Origin: Chiloscyllium plagiosum
Taxonomy: Eukaryota
Direction: 5' to 3'
NCBI RefSeq assembly: GCF_004010195.1
Contig: NC_057719.1
Coordinates: forward strand, 17,842,165 to 17,906,164
DNA length: 64,000 nt
This document shows, in pieces, positions 12,550 through 24,944 of the stretch (within the stretch, counting starts at the first letter, position 1; every line of letters starts with the position of its first letter). The notes below the pieces were generated by a model that made no database searches, had not been told where the DNA came from, and saw only the letters and a program-made list of their open reading frames with translations. The position numbers and the translations under genes are program-made.

Positions 12550-12952
12550 TGTCTAACTCGTGGAGGAACTAGACAACAGTGTGCTACCAGCTGCTTGGTC
12601 CCCACATCACCATGGCAAGTGGTGATCCTGGCTGAAACTGTAGCCAAACCCAAAACATGGCGATGCAAATCTTAGGTTGTTGTCGTCAAGGTCAGTCAAG
12701 TCTTGTTAATGAGCATGATGGGGCTGTGGATGGATGGTAGGGATAGGGTAGGGCTGTTACCATGGGGCTACTACCATGGGAGTGGTCATCCTGAGGGACA
12801 CCTCCATGAGCCACAGAGTTCCTGATCAGGCTAGACTGCAAGAAGATTCAAGAAGACAGTTCACCCCAACTCTACAGGGCAAATCAGAGTGGGGGGGCAA
12901 TAAATGGTGGCTCTGTCAGTTACAACTACATCCCAATGGAAGAAAAAAAAAC
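12550..12952 (+). mobile_element. Degraded LINE 3' fragment (CR1/L2-group family 2)
   Basis: Ends ggggcaataaatggtggc...catcccaatggaagaaaaaaaaa, the same tail as the SINE at 10950-11285. Confidence 0.4.
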
Positions 12953-13299
12953 ACCCTTACAAAATGGAGTCGAAAGACTGCAAAAGGTCACCCAGCATCC
13001 TGCCAGTGTTGTAAAGGGTTGACCAGCTGGTAAAATACAACCAGCAATGAAAGGAGGGAGCCCTTATTTACACTTAAGTGAGAGTACCATTCTCCACTCA
13101 GCCTCCTTCCCAATTTTTCACTCCCACCCCCTCACCAATTCTAATTGCCTCTTTCTGGCTATGTAAGATTCAGCCCAATGAGTGGTTCAATGTTCAAGAT
13201 GACAGGGTGACTTGTGATGAGCTCTCTCCAGCAGATCTTATTCTCACATTTCTTACAATCATTCTGCACTTTTAAATCACAACTATAAGTCTGTAAAAA

Positions 13300-13475
13300 G
13301 TACTCGTATACCATCTTTGCAGCTGTAACTTCTATTCCTTTCTCTGTTCGATCACCCTCTGGTCTTTGTGGCTTTGTGTTTTATGTTCTGCTGTATTGCA
13401 TATAAAACAAAACTTTTAATTGTACTTAGGTACATGTGATAATAATAATAAATCAAAGCAAATAAAAATCAAAAT
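13300..13475 (+). mobile_element. Rex1-type LINE 3' tail
   Basis: aaaacaaaacttttaattgtacttaggtacatgtgataataataataaatc matches the Rex1 tails at 46440-46500 (+) and 42141-42225 (-). Confidence 0.6.
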
Positions 13476-13499
13476 ACTGACATGATAAAAGCTCATATG

Positions 13500-15590
13500 C
13501 ATGCACAACAAAATGAGATGGGGCTGGTTTGATACCATATCAGACCTGCCAGAAAAGCTACAGGCTCTGAATATGACAGTCTAGATGTGAATTTTCACAG
13601 GGCTTTATCCAGAGCTCGGTGTCCGTCCATTCCAGTATGGAAGTGGTGGCTACACCCATCAGCACGTTTGTAGAATTAACCATGATGGCCTGTGTCTGCG
13701 GTCTAATGTCTCACTATCTATTTCAATACAGTCAGCAAACGCTCAATGTCTGTGTGTCACACCGCAAGCTCACTCCATTGTCATCACTGTTGCAGATACC
13801 AGTCCTCAAAGGGACTTGCAGCATTTCCAGCTGTCCACCCTGGGCTGTGAGAAGTGACAGTGATGCCCAGGAGCTCCAACCTGCTGTTTTGCCTCAGGAT
13901 CCCTGTATGCGTCCTCCCACCACTGCCACTCTGCCTGTTGTTTGCTTTTCTGTTGTCAGTCAGCCAGCCCAGACTGCTGCCTTTCATGCTGTGATGGCAT
14001 AGTCAAATTCCACAGCCAGAGCTGCTGTGAGTCATTCTGCAAGGCTACCCACATACTCCTCTACTAAAAGTCAGTAGCCTTACACCAGCCATTCTGCAGT
14101 TCACAGAGTAGCAGTTCAGGAGTCAGGCAAAGGGACTTATAAGACAAGCACAAAGAGAGTGAAGAGAGGTGAATAGTCAGTGTTTGTATACAATATAGCC
14201 AAAATTTCTTTTAAAAACATAGTGTGCAGTGTTTATTTTGCAATGGCTTTTATTTATATATTGTGGTTATTATGATCCTGTGATGTTCATTGAGGGAGAA
14301 ATTGGGAGTGAGGCCTCTGGTATTGCAGCATGAATAGGTATAAAGCAATACAGGTAGAAAGGTGCTGTTTAAGTTGCCCCTCATGATGGTGAGATGTACC
14401 AGCATGAATCCTAAGTCCTGCTCTGGGTACCGCATGGCTCATTGGAGTGTTCCAGGCAGTGAGAGCTGTACCTCAACATACCCTAACTCATTTGTTCCAT
14501 CACATTTTGTGCGACAGAGTGGTTTCTATTCTATTGCCATTCTTTGGCAGTGAGTGAAGTACAGATGGCTCAGTAGCCTATCACAGATTGAGGACGCTGC
14601 GAGTGTTTCCATGATTTGGGCGTTGGCTGAAATAATTCCCTGAATGGATGCTGAGGTAGTGGTATCCCTTTCAGTAGATGTACGCTTCAGAATTGACAAG
14701 CAGTACTCACATAGGAATACAGATGCTGTCAATGGCTTTCTGCATCATGGTGAAGCCTGCAAACTTTGCAAAGTTTTGTGTTCACTCTACCTACTGTTCT
14801 TTGGCAAGACAAAAGGAAAGATAGCCAGCTCAATCAGAATGGAGAGTATGAGTGATCTTCCTTGTGCAATAACAGATGTCAGGTACCAAGATATTGAAAA
14901 TACAGCTAGTTCCAGCCTAAAAGCTTATGGTCACTCTCACAATCACTTGTAACACTATCCTCACCCTGATTTGAGGTTGCAGTATAGTTGCAGAAGTTGG
15001 CAAGTGTAAGTGAGGGCATTGTTACTGAATCACAAGCATCTCACACATTGTTCCTCATTGAGGTGTCAATAGGAGTACTGCTCCCGCAACACTCTAGACA
15101 GACACAACCTCCTGCATTTCTCCTTCTCCTCCACCCTCCTGCTTCCAGCAGCTTGCCCCGTTCTGTACTGCCCTTTCTCTTGCTCGCTGTCATTGCTGTA
15201 CTCCAAGGAACACGTGTACTATTGCGCCCAATGTTTGCGATCAATTGTTTTGCTCAGATGCTTACTTTAGCAATTCGAACTGACTTCAGAAAGTGCCAAA
15301 CACTTTAACAGTCATTACCAACAGTAGAGATTAATCAGAAAGCACTCTTGGAGAAGTTGGTGGCCCCATTAAAAAATGCCAGTGTGGGATTCTTTCCTGT
15401 TTCTGGTTGTGTGCTGAGCTGTGTACGACAAAGAGAATGTCAGCTGGAGTGCTCAGCTTCACTATGGCATCAGCTCAGTCTTACCTGCTGATTTGGTGGT
15501 GTCTACTACCTAATTTTGAACTTCTAAAATCACTTGGAGTTCCCACAAAATGGCTGCTGAACTTTGCATTTTATGCAAATGTAATTTAAT
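13500..15590 (-). mobile_element. Probable extent of the Harbinger DNA transposon relic
   Basis: Sequence surrounding the transposase fossil; terminal inverted repeats not identified and boundaries approximate. Confidence 0.4.
14300..15085 (-). pseudogene. Harbinger/PIF (HARBI1-like) DDE transposase fossil
   Basis: Minus-strand manual translation gives HLNEEQCVRCL*F... and FAKFAGFTMMQKAIDSICIP..NSEAYIY*KGYHYLSIH, matching the Harbinger motifs AGFPxVxGAIDCTH and NRKGxHSLNVQ; many stops and frameshifts. Confidence 0.65.
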
Positions 15591-16844
15591 GCCTTCAGGG
15601 GAGGTGATGGCCCAGTGACATTATTATTAGAGTGTAATCTAGAATGAATTACTTAAAAGAAAATATTTACTCAGGCAAACAATTGAAGATACCCCAACTG
15701 TGCATCACATTCAACCCCTCTTTCCTCCCCCCCTTCCTCAAGTGAGCTCATCAGTTAGCGCTTTATATTTCATAAGACTCATGATGCAATTGGCTGCAAC
15801 TAGTGCACTGTCCTGCCTGTGGTAGTGCCGTCAGAAGACTTGTGTATTGCACCAGGAACTGTTACCGCCCTGTTGGTCCTGGCTTCACCCGAGGAGAGTC
15901 ACAAAAGACCAGGCAGTCCCAGTGACTCCCTCAGCCTATTCCAGGCCAAGTTGTCAGACTAAGTGGGAGACTGTAAGGAGCAGCACAATCGTTGGGAGGA
16001 ACACGATAAGTGAGTGGAAAACAGCACAGTTCCATTCGAATTAAAAAAAAAGAAACACTGCAATGTTGTGACAAGATGCTGAAAGGAAAGTGAGAGAGTC
16101 TTCAGTAGAGTTCGCAAACATTACGAAGTGATTATTAAAGATACACCTCAAGATGCTGCAAGCAGAAGCAGTTGAAGATTGCCACCGGTCTAGTATTTTA
16201 AGAGTTTGGTCTCCAGCGACTGCGTACTTCCATCATGTGGTGGAAATAAGAGCAGTGAAAATTTTTAGCACTGTTTTGCTGGATCATTAAATTAGTCAGG
16301 GATTAAAATCACTCCAAGATCGCTGCAGGGTTGTGTGTTGTTAATCAACTTAGGGCTACCTCAGCAATGACTTCAGCGGTATGAGTTTATTTGAAAAATA
16401 ATAACTGTTGCTTGCAATTAATTATAAATAATTTAATCATTTAATTAAAAAATAATTTAAGAGAAAAAACCTAACAGCTGCAGTTTTTTAATGAAAATAT
16501 ATCAAAGGGATTACTGTAAAATAATTATGAATTATTCAGATCCATAGTCCAAAGGATCTGAGTGATATTTTTCTAAAGATGCATAATCTTGAACAATATG
16601 ATTGTACAATTGGAAAAATCTATTTAAATAATAATATTGTATTTTTTTAATACTTCTGTGAGCTATTGTGATCATATTGTCTATGCTGATTGAGTTATTA
16701 ATGGTTTAATGAGAACTGCACCAATCACCTCATCGATGATGATCTGTTTTCTTCTGGAAGGTTGTTCAAGATTATTATGTGTACAAATGTGAAGAATTAT
16801 ATTGTTATATAACGTGAAGAATTAGAGTGTATATACTTCTAATC

Positions 16845-17390
16845 ACTTACGGGGAAAGGCTGAACAGTCTACCTCATTCCTGATGAAGGGCTCTTGCCCA
16901 GAATATCGATTCTCCTGCTCCTCAGATGCTGCCTGATCTGCTGTGCTTTTCCAGCACCACAATCTTGACTGAGATCTCCAGCATCTGCAGTCCTCACTTT
17001 CTCCTACCTCATGCTGCCATCAGAGTGTAGAAAAGTAAGAGGTGAGTTGTTTGGAATTGTTTGAAGCTTACAAGATCCTGAGGGGACTTGACAAGTTGTG
17101 TGGGGTAAGGATGTTTTCACTGGCAGGGAGAACCTAGAACTAGGATTCATAGTTTAACTAGAAATGGTCATCCATTTAAGACAGAGATAAATCAAACATT
17201 TTTTCTCTTGAAAGGGTTGCAAATCTTTCGAACTATTCCTCAAAAGGTGGAGGTAGTCTTTAAATTCTTCATATGCAAAAGGGTGAAAGATCATCGAGGA
17301 TAGGGCACAAATGTGTAGTCGTGGTTGATATCAGATCAGCTATGATCTTACTGAATGGTGGAGAAGGCTTAAAGCACCAAATGGCTGACA
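16845..17390 (+). mobile_element. CR1 LINE 3' fragment (old) carrying a family A insertion
   Basis: cttacggggaaaggctgaacag...tacaagatcctgaggggacttgaca...gatcagctatgatcttactgaatggtggag. Confidence 0.75.
16869..17012 (+). mobile_element. Short Penelope-like family A insertion with 9-bp TSD; hammerhead core mutated
   Basis: TSD ctacctcat at 16869-16877 and 17004-17012; ttc-CTGATGA-A-GGGC-TCTT-GCCC followed by a damaged GAAA. Confidence 0.8.
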
Positions 17391-17397
17391 ATGTTTG

Positions 17398-17770
17398 GAG
17401 AGTCATTGAGGCACAGAGCCATATAGCACAGAAACAGACCCTTTGGTTCAACTCATTTATGCTGAACAGGTATCCCAAACTGAACTAGTACCATTTGCCT
17501 CCATTTGGCCCATTTCCCTTTAAACCTTTCCTGTTCATAGAGCTGTCCAAATGGTCTTCAAAATGTGATATTTGTACCTGCCTTTACCACTTCCTCTGAC
17601 GGCTCATTCCATGTACACATGAACGTCTATGTGAAAAAAAATGCCCCTTAGATCCCTTTTAAATCTTTCCCCTCTCACCTTAAACTGATGCCATCTGGTT
17701 TTGGACGCCCCTACCCTGGGAAAATAGCCTTGGCTGTTCACCTTATCCATACCCCTCATGATTTTGTAAT
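17398..17770 (-). mobile_element. CR1 LINE 3' end
   Basis: Closely similar to the CR1 3' end at 22671-23010 (same orientation). Confidence 0.85.
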
Positions 17771-18520
17771 GCATATATTCATATGTATGGCGGGGAATCA
17801 GTGGGATGGAAAGTGGTCACATGCTACACAAAAGTCTCCTTCCACTTGGTTTATTTTCTGACTTATCCACCCTTCCAACGTTTCCTCTTTCATGTATTTA
17901 TGTAGGTTTCCCTCAAGTCAGTGCTTGAAGTGAATATCATAAGTAATCTAAGGAAAAACTAAATGAGCATGCTATATATATTGTTAAAATGAGACAAGAA
18001 GTTAAAACTGTTCTTGTTTTGCATTCATCAGAACTAGGATGCAAGAAGCAGACTTGGGAAAAAAAAGAGACGTCGTTATATCTAACATGAAAAGGGGTGC
18101 TGACTGGCTATAGATACAGCAAGAACAGTAAATCGACAATCTTAGCTCTTCAGATTGGGCAGTTAGATTCTAATTGTGTGTGCCCTGTGGATGCAGGGGA
18201 GATTGGTTTTTAACATGACCCCATTTTGAAAGAGGTGCAGAATACAGGATCCTAAGTGTTATTATATGTGTTACTTCGAACATGTGAGAATATATTCTGC
18301 TGTTCTTGCGGCTGATAGTCTTACATCAGTTTTCTCTCTGAGCACAGTCTGGATTATTTAATAAATAGTTTCCAATGGAGGATTCACATCCAATGGAAAT
18401 AATTTTCTGAGGCTTGCAGGGACAGGCTGTTTAAGCACAAGTGGCATGTTGGCCCCTGTAAAAATGTTTAATTAAACATGTTTATTTTGAACTGCCAGTC
18501 TTTGGGATTTATGGCCTATG

Positions 18521-18660
18521 TAGAATCATAGAACCCTTACAGTATGGAAGCAGACCATTTGGCCCATCAAGTCCACACCGACCCTCCGAAGAACATCCCA
18601 CATTCTATCCTTGTATTTCCTGTGTCTAATCCACCTAACCTGAACACCTTTGGACTTTGT
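18521..18660 (-). mobile_element. HE1-type SINE 3' fragment
   Basis: tagaacccttacagtatggaagcagaccatttggccc...cctaacctgaacacctttggact matches the copies at 9856 and 49483. Confidence 0.75.
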
Positions 18661-19355
18661 ACTTAACATTACACCAGAATTGAAACTCAATTGTCACATT
18701 ACTCAATTGTGTGATTTTGGTTTGATGCAGCTTTTTCCTTATCTTTTAACGTCAATTTGGTATCCTATTACCAGTGTCTTCATTCTCTCCTCATGTCCAA
18801 GTTGCCTTACCTGTAACTGAATATCACGTGATTCCACTGTTTCATGACCTGGTTTCTCTTGCACTTCCCTCAATCCAAATGCTGTGCCAGTACTTCAATC
18901 ATATTGGTCTTCTTAGCTCTGTCAAGCAATATTATCTCCAGTTTATCCCCAACTCAATCAGAGTTTGAAAGAATTCTTAAGACTGTCAGGGACAACTTTG
19001 CCACCTGCAGGGAATCCTTTGTCGCTTCTACTGCCGTGTCATAAATGCAGTACAGAACACAATGTTTTCCTTTTCCTGTATGATTGTATGATTTACTAAT
19101 GCCACATCCAAATACTCATTGCTGCTTCAAAGTTGATTTTGGACAAGCCCCCAAAGTTTGTTATATCCTTTGGGATAGTGTGCTGGAAACCAAGCCCCCT
19201 TATTCCCAGAGTCTTCTGAAAAGGTAAAAGACCTTATTAACCTATGCAAAATCCCTAAGTTTAACTGCTTTTGTTTTGACACAGGTAAAAACAATATAGA
19301 AAACACAGACCAGGTACATAACAAGAGTTACAATCTATTAAAAATAAATATTAAG

Positions 19356-22186
19356 GATGCGAATCTTATCAGATCGAGTGGATCAGTTGAAGAGACAGAT
19401 AGAAATGATGAGGAATTTGCAACAGCAACAGTATATGATGGATAGCAGTTATAGAAAGGGGGGAAAGTCTCAGATACAGTCACAGAGATGGGTTAACTTC
19501 AGGAAGGATAAGAGAGGTCGGCACCTAGGGCAGGAGTTTTTTGTGGATATACCCAATTCAAACAGCTATGCTGTTTTGGAAAACGTAGGGGGTGATGGAT
19601 TCTCAGGGGAACATAGCACGAACAGCCAAGTTTCTGGTCTTGAGACTGGCTCTAATGCAATGAGGGGTAAATCGGCTTCCAAGAGATCAATTGTGTTAAG
19701 GGATTCTGTAGTCAGAGGTACAGACAGACGTTTCTAAGTGGCCAGCAGAGAAAAAGCAGAATGGTGTGTTGTTTCCCTGGTGCCAGGATCAAGGATGTCT
19801 CAGAGAGGGTGCAGAATGTTCTCACGGGGGAGAGGGGCCAGCAAGAGGTATTGTCCACATTGGAATCAATGACATTGGAAGGGAAAAGGTTGAGATTCTG
19901 AAGGGAGATTACAGAGAGTTAGGCAGAAATTTTAAAAGGAGGTCCTCAAGGGTAGTAATATCTGGATTACTCCCAGTGCTACGAGCTAGTGAGGGCAGGA
20001 ATAGGAGGATAGAGCAGATGAATGCATGGCTGAGGAGCTGGGGTATGGGAGAAGGATTCACACCAGGGAGATAGTGAGGAAGGAGATCAATCTGAGACTG
20101 GTACAGTTGAGAACAGAATTGAATCAAACAGTCAGGGCAGTCAGGGACAAGGTAGGACTAATAAATTAAACTGCATTTATTTCAATGCAAGGGGCCTAAC
20201 AGGGGAGGCAGATGAACTCAGGGCATGGTTAGGCACATGGGACTGGGATATCATAGCAATTACGGAAACATGGCTCAGGGATGGGCAGGACTGGCAGCTT
20301 AATGTTCCAGGAACGATAGAAAGGGAGGCAAGAGAGGAGGGGGATAGGGATAGCATTACAGCTGTGCCGAGAGAGGATATTCCTGGAAATACATCCAGGG
20401 AAGTTATTTGGGTGGAACTGAGAAATAAGAAAGGGATGATCACCTTATTGGGATTGTATTATAGACCCCCTAACAGTCAGAGGGAAATTGAGAAACAAAC
20501 TTGTAAGGATATCTCAGCTATCTAAGAATAATAGGGTAGTGATGGTAGGGTATTTTAACTTTCCAAACATCGACTGGGACTGCCATAGTGTTAAGGGTTT
20601 AGATGGAGAGGAATTTCATAAGTGCGTACAAGGCAATTTTCTGACTCAGTATGTGGATGTACCTACTAGAGAAGGTGCAAAACTTGACTTACTCTTGGGA
20701 AATAAGGCAGGGCAGGTGACTGAGGTGTCAGTGGGGGAGCACTTTGGGGCCAACAACCATAATTCTATTCGTTTTAAAATCGTGATGGAAAAAGACAGAC
20801 CAGGTCTAAAAGTTGAAGTTCTAAATTAGAGAAAGGCTAATTTTGACGGCATTAGGCAAGAACTTTTGAAAGCTGATTGCGGGCAGATGTTCACAGGTAA
20901 AGGGATGGCTGGAAAATGGGACGCCTTCAGAAATGAGATAACAAGAATCCAGAGAAAGTATATTCCTGTCAGGGTGAAAGGGAAGGCTGGTAGGTATAGG
21001 GAATGCTCGATGACTAAAGAAATTGAGGGTTTGGTTAAGGAAAAGAAGGAAGCATATGTCAGGTATAGACAGGATAGATCGAGTGAATCCTTAGAAGAGT
21101 ATAAAGGAAGTAGGAGTATGCTTAAGAGGGAAATCATGAGGGCAACAAGGGGACATGAGATAGCATTGGCAAGTAGAATTAAGGAGAATCCAAAGGGGTT
21201 TTACAAATATATTAAGGAAAAAAAGGGTAACTAGGGAGAGAATAGGGCCCCTCAAAGATCAACAAGGCGGCCTTTGTGTGGAGCCGCAGAAAATGGGGGA
21301 CATACTAAACGAATATTTTGCATCAGTATTTACTGTGGAAAAGGATATGGAAGATATAGAATGTAGGGAAATCGATGGTGACATCTTGCAAAATGTCCAT
21401 ATCACAGAGGAGGAAGTGTTAGATGTCTTGAAAAGGGTAAAGGTGGATAAATCCCCAGGACCTGATCAGGTGTACTCTTGAACTCTGTGGGAAGCTAGAG
21501 AAGTGATTGCTGGGCCTCTTGCTGAGATATTTGTATCATCGATAGTCACAGGTGAGNNNNNNNNNNNNNNNNNNNNNNNNNNNNNNNNNNNNNNNNNNNN
21601 NNNNNNNNNNNNNNNNNNNNNNNNNNNNNNNNNNNNNNNNNNNNNNNNNNNNNNNNNNNNNNNNNNNNNNACAAGGTTCCCCATGGGAGACTGATTAGCA
21701 AGGTTAGATCTCATGGAATAAAGGGAGAAGTAGCCATTTGGATGCAGAATGGGCTCAAAGGTAGAAGACAGAGGGTGGTGATGGAGGATTGTTTTTCAGA
21801 CTGGAGGCCTGTGACCGGTGGAGTGCCACAAGGATCGGTGCTGGGCCCTCTACTTTTGTCATTTACATAAATGATTTGGATGTGAGCATAAGAAGTACAG
21901 TTAGTAAGTTTGCAGATGACACCAAAATTGGAGGTGTAGTGGACAGCGAAGAGGGTTACCTCAGATTACACCAGGATCTGGACCAGATGGGCCAATGGTT
22001 TGAGAAGTGGCAGATGGAGTTTAATTCTGATAAATTCAAGGTGCTGCATTTTGGGAAAGCAAATCTTAGCAGAACTTATACACTTAGTGGTAAGGTCCTA
22101 GGTAGTATTGCTGAACAAAGAGACCTTGGAGTGCAGGTTCATACCTCCTAGAAAGTGGAGTCGCAGGTAGATAAGATAGTGAAGAA
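19356..22186 (+). mobile_element. Near-full-length CR1 LINE, 5' part (ORF1 esterase plus ORF2 endonuclease/RT), broken
   Basis: ORF1 IVLRDSVVRGTDRRF..VHIGINDIG (SGNH esterase); ORF2 endonuclease YFNFPNIDWD..LDLLL..NHN; RT IYINDLD..KFADDTK; frameshifts and stops. Confidence 0.95.
21557..21670. other. Assembly gap (114 N)
   Basis: Run of N. Confidence 1.
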
Positions 22187-22670
22187 AGTCCTTCCATCAG
22201 CCAAAAAACTATGTGATTGATTCTTAGGTAGGTGAACAGCTCGTGGGTATCAACAAGATAGCCAAAAGCCTTTGGACATCCAGAACACAAGGTTTTACCT
22301 TTTTATCTGCAATTAAAGTTTGGGAAATGCCAATTTATTTTCCCTCACCTGTAGCTGCAAGCCATCACATTCAACTAATTAGTCAGAGAATTTATAATTT
22401 CTGTCCAAGTCATTCTGTGCCTCCTGCAAGTGAATGGAAAGCACCTGAAAAGAGAGAAAAGTCAATGAACAGCAAGTGCTGACAAGCAAAAGGACCGTCA
22501 CAGTTAATCTCAGCACCATTGAACAGCCATTCCAGATTTTCTTTTCAACCAAGACAATATTCTTTTTGTCTGTCTCTATATTTATTGGGGTGGTTTAGTA
22601 AAGAGATTAAAATTTTAATCTATAGAGTTAGATGCTGACAGTTCATAATTGTTTACCTGTCCCTTGAATA

Positions 22671-23294
22671 TAGAGTCATTGAGTCAGAGATGTACAGCCA
22701 ACCTGTCCATGCTGACCAGATATCCCAACCCAATCTAGTCCCACCTGCCAGCACCCGGCCCATATCCCTCCAAACCCTTCCTATTCATATACCCATCCAA
22801 ATGCCTCTTAAATGTTGCAATTGTACCAGTCTCCACCACATTCTCTGGCAGCTCATTCCATACACGTACCACCCTCTGCGTGAAAAAGTTGCCCATTAGG
22901 TCTCTTTTATATCTTTCCCCTCTCACCCTAAACCTATGCCCTCTAGTTCTGGACTCCCCGATCCCAGGGAAAAGACTTTGCCTATTTATTCTATCCATGC
23001 CCCTCATAATTTTGTAGACCTCTACAAGGTCACCCCTCAGCCTCCAACGCTCCAGGGAAAACAGCCCCAGCCTGTTCAGCCTCTCCCTATAGCTCAAATC
23101 CTCCAACCCTGGCAACATCCTTGTAAATCTTTTCTGAACCCTTTCAAGTTTCACAACATCATCATTCCGATAGGAAGAAGACCAGAATTGCACGCAATAT
23201 TCCAACAGTGGCCTAACCAATGTCCTGTACAGCTGCAACATGACCTCCCAACTCCTGTACTCAATACTCTGACCAATAAAGGAAAGCATACCAA
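22671..23294 (-). mobile_element. CR1 LINE 3' end; inverted continuation of the 19356-22186 element
   Basis: ORF 22735-23304 GMLSFIGQSIEYRSWEVMLQLYRTLVRPLLEYCVQFWS..RTRGHRFRVRG; starts where the + fragment stops. Confidence 0.9.
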
Positions 23295-23334
23295 TTGGCC
23301 TCAATCCTCAGACCAACCAGCTACATGTTGCCAG

Positions 23335-24177
23335 CTGCATCACAGTTCTTGCAAGATATTTTGTAAATGACATTAGTTTTGCTTGTTGTCTGTTTAGGGT
23401 CTTTCAACAAGCTGCATTAGAACATCATTTCAATGAGCCACCACACACTGCAGCACAGAGGAACAATGAAGAGTAGAGGAAAATCACCTATACAGCGTAT
23501 TCAAAAAGAATGGGTACCCAATGAACACAGTCTGCAGATTTCTCAGCAACAAACCCAAACAAGCAGACAAAACATGTCCAGAAACCATAGCCACTCTCCC
23601 CTACATCAAAGACATCTGGAAATGACTGCCAGACTACTCAGACCTGTTGGTGTTATGGTAGCCCACAAATCCAGCAACACACCAAAACAGCAGCTAATGA
23701 ACCTGAAAGACCCTGTACAGACAGCAAGCAAAACTAATGTCATTTACAAAATACCTTGCAAGAACTGTAACGAACTCTACATTGGACAAACAGGCAGAAA
23801 ACTAGCTACTAGGATGCATGAACATCAACTAGTTACAAAAAGACCCTTACATACAGATGAGGAAGGACACCACTTCGACTAGGACACCACATCCATCCGA
23901 GGACAAGCCAAACAGAGACATGTGTGAGTATTCCTAGAAGTATGGCATTCCGACCAGAACTCTATCAACAAACACATTGACTTGGATCCCATTTACTGCC
24001 TCCTGAGAAAAAGAGCAGAAAATGATATCACCAACCCAAGGAAACCTAAACACATAAATAACAAGTGGGCCATACCACTAGTGCTTCATCCGGAGGCTCA
24101 CAGATGATGTCACCTAGAATGGTGATGAAACATCTGAAAATGAACCTTCCAACTGAGCAAACAAACCTACATCCAGA
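23335..24177 (+). mobile_element. Penelope-like retroelement 3' portion with GIY-YIG endonuclease and 5' inverted duplication
   Basis: NVIYKIPCKNCNELYIGQTGRKLATRMHEHQ (GIY-YIG) followed by ..NSINKHIDLDPIY; 23341-23406 is the reverse complement of ~23704-23769. Confidence 0.92.
24098..24137 (+). ncRNA. Minimal hammerhead ribozyme motif in Penelope 3' region (family D, decayed)
   Basis: tca-CAGATGA-T-GTCACC-TAGAAT-GGTGAT-GAA-ACAT-C-tga; stem I tca/tga; three point changes from canonical. Confidence 0.6.
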
Positions 24178-24179
24178 GT

Positions 24180-24297
24180 AAAATACTATAGATGCTGGGC
24201 ATCAGAAAATGTTAGAAATGCTCAGCAGGTCTGGCAGCATCTATGGGGAGAGGAATGGAGTTTACATTGCTAGTTGTTAAAATCTTTTGTCAGAGAA
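24180..24297 (-). mobile_element. Old short repeat related to the PLE family A 3' end (family E)
   Basis: gatgctgg...gaaatgctcagcaggtctggcagcatctatggggagag; related copies at 30695, 45685 and 59870. Confidence 0.55.
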
Positions 24298-24944
24298 GAA
24301 ATAAGTTAGTTGAAGACAAACATCCATATTTGTGAATGCATGTATTGTAAATGCAATGTAAACAACTAATCGTATGTGCTAGGAAAGCACATAACAAGTA
24401 GTTCTGGAGAGAGATGGTTCTATGTTAAGCTTTACCTTGTAAATAGTTAAGATATTATTTCATAAAAGGTGGAAATACTAACAGCCTGGCATCTGGCAAT
24501 CTCTATTGATCCTGACCAAGGACACAAATTTCCCTCAGATTCAATATGATAACAAAGTAAGAAGAATGTAACAGGTCTTTTTGTGAAGATGGTGGAGTCC
24601 CTGCTGAATAGTCGATTTGGAAATTGCAGTCTCAGACTGTTACTTTCACGTATACACTGTCTTTATGGTAGATAAAAAGCCAAGGCTCTGTGAGCAGGTT
24701 GAAGGATTAGAAAATGGATGACAAAAATGGAGTCTTGGGGTAAAAGTGTGTCACTTGTTTATTTGGAACCATCCTACTGGGAGCTCTTAGACGTGAATAA
24801 TAGATTCAAGAATTAGACGATCTTATGTCTGAAAATCTTAACTGAATCTTCACTGTTGTGCTACTAAACAGCCTCAAGCATCATTAGGTTCAATCCGAGG
24901 AAGAACATTTTCAGTGAGCCCACTATCTATTTGGGAAATGGAAT

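Noticed and set aside
18001..18036. Minus-strand CTGATGA at the end of an old repeat (possible further hammerhead family)
   Set aside because: GAAA and stems are too degraded to support from this copy.
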